42,300 bases of DNA. Origin: a virus (taxonomy: Duplodnaviria > Heunggongvirae > Uroviricota > Caudoviricetes). The stretch's first letter is position 1; every line of letters begins with the position of its first letter. The position numbers were made by a program, and so were the translations under genes. Below are positions 38,628 through 42,300 of this stretch, piece after piece. Where the stretch lies: positions 1-42,300 of IMG/VR virus record IMGVR_UViG_2778261297_000006; one strand, 5' to 3'. The notes below the pieces were generated by a model. It had not been told where the DNA came from and ran no database searches. It saw nothing but the letters and a program-made list of their open reading frames with translations.

Positions 38628-38811
38628 GGTGGGATGCTAGGTCTCTATCGTTAAAATCAAGGCTGCTAATCATTTCATTGTAAATAGCGTTTTTATCTTC
38701 CATTGGCAGTCTTGAGTAAACCAGACACAGAGCATATTTCAGGGAGTTTAGCTCTTTCTCTAGCTCTTCCTTGCTTGATGTTTTTGACTTAATAAACTGT
38801 TTTTTATTCAT
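38602..38811 (-). CDS. Hypothetical protein (69 aa), translationally coupled downstream of mnt
   Basis: Its ATG overlaps the mnt stop codon (ATGA). Confidence 0.5.
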   Translation of the reverse strand: MNKKQFIKSKTSSKEELEKELNSLKYALCLVYSRLPMEDKNAIYNEMISSLDFNDRDLASHLNSFRVPE

Positions 38812-39044
38812 TTTGCATCCTTACCATACATGGTTTTCAGTGTTTCAATCAGCGCATCCCTGAATTTGTCAGCCTCTTTCTGAGCAAATTCATTGCTATT
38901 AAGCGATCTACCACAAACAGCATCTTCGATAATCTGTATTATTTCAGCATTCATGGAACGCTTGTTATGTTGCGCCCTGGCTTTAACCTTTGCCTTTAAC
39001 TCTTTGGAAATCCTGATATTTATTTGCGGCTCTTCGCGTGACAT
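38808..39044 (-). CDS. mnt: Mnt-like ribbon-helix-helix repressor (78 aa)
   Basis: INIRISKELKAKVKARAQHNKRSMNAEIIQIIEDAV resembles the P22 Mnt N-terminal domain (recall); divergent from arc/ant. Confidence 0.75.
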   Translation of the reverse strand: MSREEPQINIRISKELKAKVKARAQHNKRSMNAEIIQIIEDAVCGRSLNSNEFAQKEADKFRDALIETLKTMYGKDAK

Positions 39045-39097
39045 ACCACCTCCATAGCATTTTGGTGATATTACTATTGCATCACTGCGATCACAAT

Positions 39098-39114
39098 GGT
39101 ATAACGGTTATACC
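39098..39114. promoter_or_regulatory. 17-bp perfect palindrome GGTATAACGGTTATACC in the mnt/arc divergent promoter region (candidate operator)
   Basis: Perfect dyad the same length as the P22 mnt operator, immediately upstream of the arc ribosome-binding site. Confidence 0.45.
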
Positions 39115-39132
39115 AAATTGATTGGAGGTAAT

Positions 39133-39306
39133 ATGATAGTCAAGTCAGACGCACCAAAGTACCCTTTGCGCATCCCATTAGAGGTTAAGTTAGCAATCGA
39201 GAAGTCAGCGAAAGAAAATGGTCGCTCAATAAATACCGAGATGGTAATGCGGTTAGTGGATAGTTTAAGGCGGGATAGTTCTAAAGGTAATCTAGCAAAA
39301 AGTTGA
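39133..39306 (+). CDS. arc: Arc-like ribbon-helix-helix repressor (57 aa)
   Basis: [32 protein letters not shown] resembles P22 Arc (recall); GGAGG 4 nt upstream of the ATG at 39133. Confidence 0.7.
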   Translation: MIVKSDAPKYPLRIPLEVKLAIEKSAKENGRSINTEMVMRLVDSLRRDSSKGNLAKS

Positions 39307-39380
39307 AGCCCCAACTGCGGGAACAGTCAGGGCTTCGGTATCAACAAATCGGATTAGGAAATATTGACATGAAAAGTATA
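39296..39380 (-). ncRNA. Possible sar-like antisense RNA across the ant start (about 70 nt)
   Basis: Minus-strand -10 candidate TATACT (plus 39375..39380) and a minus-strand hairpin (39305..39336) plus U-run in the arc-ant spacer; boundaries approximate and the -35 is weak. Confidence 0.3.
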
Positions 39381-40247
39381 GCAAAGGCACAAAACGATTT
39401 CACCATCTTCAAATTCGGCGACAGTGAAATCCGCGTCATCAACAAATGCGGTGAGCCGTGGTTTGTAGCAAAAGATGTTTGTGATGCTTTAACCCTGACT
39501 AACTCACGCAAGGCGCTTACTGCACTTGATGACGATGAAAAGGGAGTAACTTTAAGTTACACCCTTGGTGGTGAGCAGAATCTAAGCATTGTTAGCGAAT
39601 CAGGTATGTATACATTGGTTCTGCGCTGCCGCGATGCTGTCAATAAAGGTTCGGTCCCGCACAAATTCCGCAAGTGGGTAACAGCAGAAGTTCTACCTTC
39701 AATTCGCAAACATGGCGAGTATGTGAAAGGCAAGAAAACCACTGTTGAGGAAAGAACGCCGCTACGCGATGCAGTAAACATGCTGGTAGGAAAGAAAGGA
39801 CTTCGCTATGACGATGCATACAATATGGTTCATCAGCGTTTTGGTATTGACAGCATTGATGAACTTTCAATTGAACAAATCCCGCTGGCCGTAGAGTACA
39901 TCCACAGGGTAGTGCTTGAAGGCGAGTTTATCGGCAAACAAGAGAAGAAAGCAAACGAGCTTTCTGCAAAAGAAGCAAACAGCCTTGTATGGCTATGGGA
40001 TTATGCTAACCGTTCACAGGCATTATTCCGCGAACTGTATCCGGCATTAAAACAAATTCAATCGAACTATTCCGGCAGATGCTACGACTACGGTCATGAA
40101 TTCTCGTATGTTATCGGAATGGCGAGAGACGTTTTAATAAATCACACACGAGATGTTGATATCAATGAGCCAGACGGACCAACGAATCTTTCCGCATGGA
40201 TGAGACTTAAGAATAAAGAATTGCCTCCTTCAGTACATAACTACTGA
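39369..40247 (+). CDS. ant: Antirepressor Ant (Bro-N/AntA-type N-terminal domain), 292 aa from the ATG at 39369
   Basis: N-terminal [28 protein letters not shown] motif; position after arc; terminator downstream. Confidence 0.8.
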   Translation: MKSIAKAQNDFTIFKFGDSEIRVINKCGEPWFVAKDVCDALTLTNSRKALTALDDDEKGVTLSYTLGGEQNLSIVSESGMYTLVLRCRDAVNKGSVPHKFRKWVTAEVLPSIRKHGEYVKGKKTTVEERTPLRDAVNMLVGKKGLRYDDAYNMVHQRFGIDSIDELSIEQIPLAVEYIHRVVLEGEFIGKQEKKANELSAKEANSLVWLWDYANRSQALFRELYPALKQIQSNYSGRCYDYGHEFSYVIGMARDVLINHTRDVDINEPDGPTNLSAWMRLKNKELPPSVHNY

Positions 40248-40266
40248 CAGATAACCAACGCAACGA

Positions 40267-40289
40267 CCCAGCTTCGGCTGGGTTTTTTT
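40267..40289 (+). terminator. Intrinsic terminator after ant
   Basis: cccagc-ttcg-gctggg followed by TTTTTTT. Confidence 0.7.
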
Positions 40290-40347
40290 ATGCCCAAAAT
40301 TCACCGTAGCCATGCTGCGGCGATTCCTTGTATCTGGAGCAAATTAA

Positions 40348-42300
40348 ATGACAGACATTACAGCCAATGTTGTGGTCAGCATGCCTTCGCAACTCTTCAC
40401 TATGGCTCGTTCTTTTAAAGCCGTAGCCAATGGAAAAATTTATATCGGTAAAATTGACACTGACCCGGTAAATCCTGAAAACCAGATTCAGGTTTATGTA
40501 GAGAACGAAGATGGCTCTCACATTCCTGTTTCGCAACCAATCATCATTAACGCTGCCGGATATCCGGTATACAACGGACAGATTGCCAAGTTTGTGACTG
40601 TGCAAGGCCATTCCATGGCTGTATATGATGCGTACGGTGCGCAGCAGTTCTATTTTCCTAATGTGCGGAAGTATGACCCTGATCAATTTTCTGTATGGGC
40701 AAAAAATCATTTCAGACTTAACTTCTATTTTAAGTCTGATATTAGTTTTTCATCAGGTGGACATATTGATGATGAGCGCTATGCTGTTCTTTATGATAAC
40801 GATCCTGATGGAAACATGTATTTTTATGCCAGGAAATATATAGCAGAAGGCGGTTATGATGTTGATGCTGGAAGCCATCCAGATGATAATTGGATATGCG
40901 TTGGACTACTTAATGGCTTTAACTTAAACACCCCAGAGAACTTCGGCGCCAAACCTTATTCTGAAAGTGATTGTTTAAATGCAATTAACATGGCAATTAA
41001 AACAGGGTTTATTGAGTTAACGCCTGGTTGTACATATTTTGTTAGCGATGAAGTTGTTATCCCATCGTATTTAGTGATGGAAACAAACGGCGCAACTATT
41101 AAAGCGATGAGTGGCTATTCATGGGGTGGAAAGGCTGTAGTTCGCGCCAGCAAAAAACCAGTAGGAACATCCCCGGATCTTTCATTGCCTGAACAACAAG
41201 TTCGTGGAATTAGACACATTGGTACATTAAATATTGATGCTAACAATGTTGCGCCTTACGGTTTTTATGGTTTTGGTGTAGTTGCAGAATCTGCCACAGA
41301 CATTATATATGCTTATAATGCCACAGAAGTTGGAATTGTACTTCTTGGGAGTTGGTATCATAAAGTAAATCAATATATGGGAATTGATTGTGCAAGAGGT
41401 GTATCTTTGGCGCATGGTTTCTCCGGTGAAACCGGAGATGTAAACGTTAATGGTGTTGAATTTGGTGTCGTCGCCGCGTATAACACATCAAAATCTTTGT
41501 CCTATGGGTATGATCCGTATTCATCATCTTTAACCCCACAACTCATAGGTGCCGGTGTCACCCTCGGGCAAGGATTGGCATCAAGAATAGGAACATTAAT
41601 AGCTGAAACCACAGCAGGCGCTGGTTTAGCTACTGTTAACGCTGTTAGTTGGTCTGTTGGTTCTATGTACTTCGAAAAATGCAGTGAAGCGCTTGAAGAT
41701 AGTGCAGAGCCTGATATTGCGATATTATCAACTACAGGAAATGTCGAGGACCACGTATTTGACGTCGGTAATATCCATTTTGGCATAGGGACTGGTATAC
41801 TGCAAAGAGCGACGGCAAGTGAGTTTCTCAACATCCAATCCATATACCGTATAGACAATAAAAAAACATGGCATAGTTCTTCAAAGGCGTCTTCAAGTTT
41901 TGTAAATTTCGTAAACTATTACGTTCTCAACCCTTATGATTACGTTAAACCGGTTCAACTGACTAATGACGTAGGCAAGGATGTTATAAGTTCATCGGCA
42001 ATGCTTAACTTTAAGGATTTTTCAAATACGCCAAATATCCCATTTTTTTATACTGGCGGTGATCTTGATATTAATATAAGCATATCAGAGGGTTCGATTA
42101 TTGGGCTTGGTATTCAGGTTCAGTCTGAAGATGGAATTGAATATATAACATGCACATCATCACCGTTTTCAGCAAAGCTAACAAAAAGGAGAAATGCTTA
42201 TTCTGTTTATTGGGTATCAATGGGAACTCCAGTTCAAGCAGCTACTGGCATGGGGGCGATTATAATAACAAAACAAAAAACTTCTCAATGGCTTCGTTAG
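40348..42300 (+). CDS. Tailspike (650 aa): P22-type N-terminal head-binding domain fused to a divergent AT-rich receptor-binding domain
   Basis: N-terminal [11 protein letters not shown]...[19 protein letters not shown]...VTVQGHSMA matches the P22 gp9 head-binding domain by recall; the remainder is unrecognised; stop codon at the last 3 nt of the window. Confidence 0.85.
   Translation: MTDITANVVVSMPSQLFTMARSFKAVANGKIYIGKIDTDPVNPENQIQVYVENEDGSHIPVSQPIIINAAGYPVYNGQIAKFVTVQGHSMAVYDAYGAQQFYFPNVRKYDPDQFSVWAKNHFRLNFYFKSDISFSSGGHIDDERYAVLYDNDPDGNMYFYARKYIAEGGYDVDAGSHPDDNWICVGLLNGFNLNTPENFGAKPYSESDCLNAINMAIKTGFIELTPGCTYFVSDEVVIPSYLVMETNGATIKAMSGYSWGGKAVVRASKKPVGTSPDLSLPEQQVRGIRHIGTLNIDANNVAPYGFYGFGVVAESATDIIYAYNATEVGIVLLGSWYHKVNQYMGIDCARGVSLAHGFSGETGDVNVNGVEFGVVAAYNTSKSLSYGYDPYSSSLTPQLIGAGVTLGQGLASRIGTLIAETTAGAGLATVNAVSWSVGSMYFEKCSEALEDSAEPDIAILSTTGNVEDHVFDVGNIHFGIGTGILQRATASEFLNIQSIYRIDNKKTWHSSSKASSSFVNFVNYYVLNPYDYVKPVQLTNDVGKDVISSSAMLNFKDFSNTPNIPFFYTGGDLDINISISEGSIIGLGIQVQSEDGIEYITCTSSPFSAKLTKRRNAYSVYWVSMGTPVQAATGMGAIIITKQKTSQWLR

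Larger units (their letters stand above)
1331..42300. mobile_element. Integrated mosaic lambdoid prophage (lambda-type integration and late regulation/lysis, P22-like virion module); right end and attR lie beyond the window
   Basis: Continuous phage gene order from the att core through int/xis, early-left operon, immunity, replication, nin, Q, lysis, head and tail genes to the tailspike. Confidence 0.9.

Noticed and set aside
40288-40710. 140-aa minus-strand ORF
   Set aside because: It lies antisense within the tailspike N-terminal coding region and the ant terminator, with no ribosome-binding site; likely spurious.
1-42300. Looked for tRNA or rRNA genes, CRISPR arrays, reverse transcriptase/retron features and transposase or IS elements
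   Set aside because: No tRNA-like cloverleaf region, repeat-spacer array, RT motif or IS terminal inverted repeats were evident by eye; the only mobile element supported is the prophage itself.

Overview
The window is almost entirely one integrated temperate phage (about 41 kb) sitting at a lambda-type attachment site next to the host lipoprotein gene ybhC (1..1284, minus). All identifications are from reading the sequence and from recalled family knowledge; no database search or structure prediction was run.

Layout, left to right:
- attL core GCTTTTTTATACTAA at 1331..1345, then lambda-type int and xis.
- A long leftward early operon (about 2.7-11.6 kb, minus strand): small ea-type genes, a DUF551 protein, an HNH endonuclease, SSB, an Erf-like annealing protein, kil- and cIII-like small genes, a highly charged coiled-coil protein, an AT-rich cargo gene, and an N-type antiterminator with a P22-type boxB in nutL.
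- Immunity region: OL, a LexA-like CI repressor, OR with three ATAAC-N4-GTTAT operators, cro, nutR, cII.
- Replication: an O-type initiator with four internal iterons and a DnaC-type helicase loader.
- A nin-like block (Lar-like protein, NinB, YbcO-like protein, RusA, NinH), then lambda-type Q, pR'/6S RNA/tR' and S-R-Rz/Rz1.
- A P22-like virion module whose gene order and sizes match P22 (small and large terminase, portal, scaffold, coat, gp4, gp10, tail needle, gp14, gp7, gp20, gp16), an immI-like mnt/arc/ant region, and a tailspike that ends at the window edge. attR is outside the window.

I cannot name a defined novel system with confidence. The best candidates are accessory genes in classic cargo slots:
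1. An AT-rich membrane protein immediately downstream of cI, in the slot lambda uses for rexAB (12177..12473).
2. A cluster of small membrane and helical proteins between the ejection genes and mnt, in the slot P22 uses for sieA (37462..38811).
3. Two paralogous minimal HExxH...E zincin-like proteins, both on the late-operon strand (22523..22912 and 37813..38178).
4. An AT-rich gene with its own terminator in the early-left operon (9917..10387).
5. An extra gene between coat and gp4 (29580..30173).
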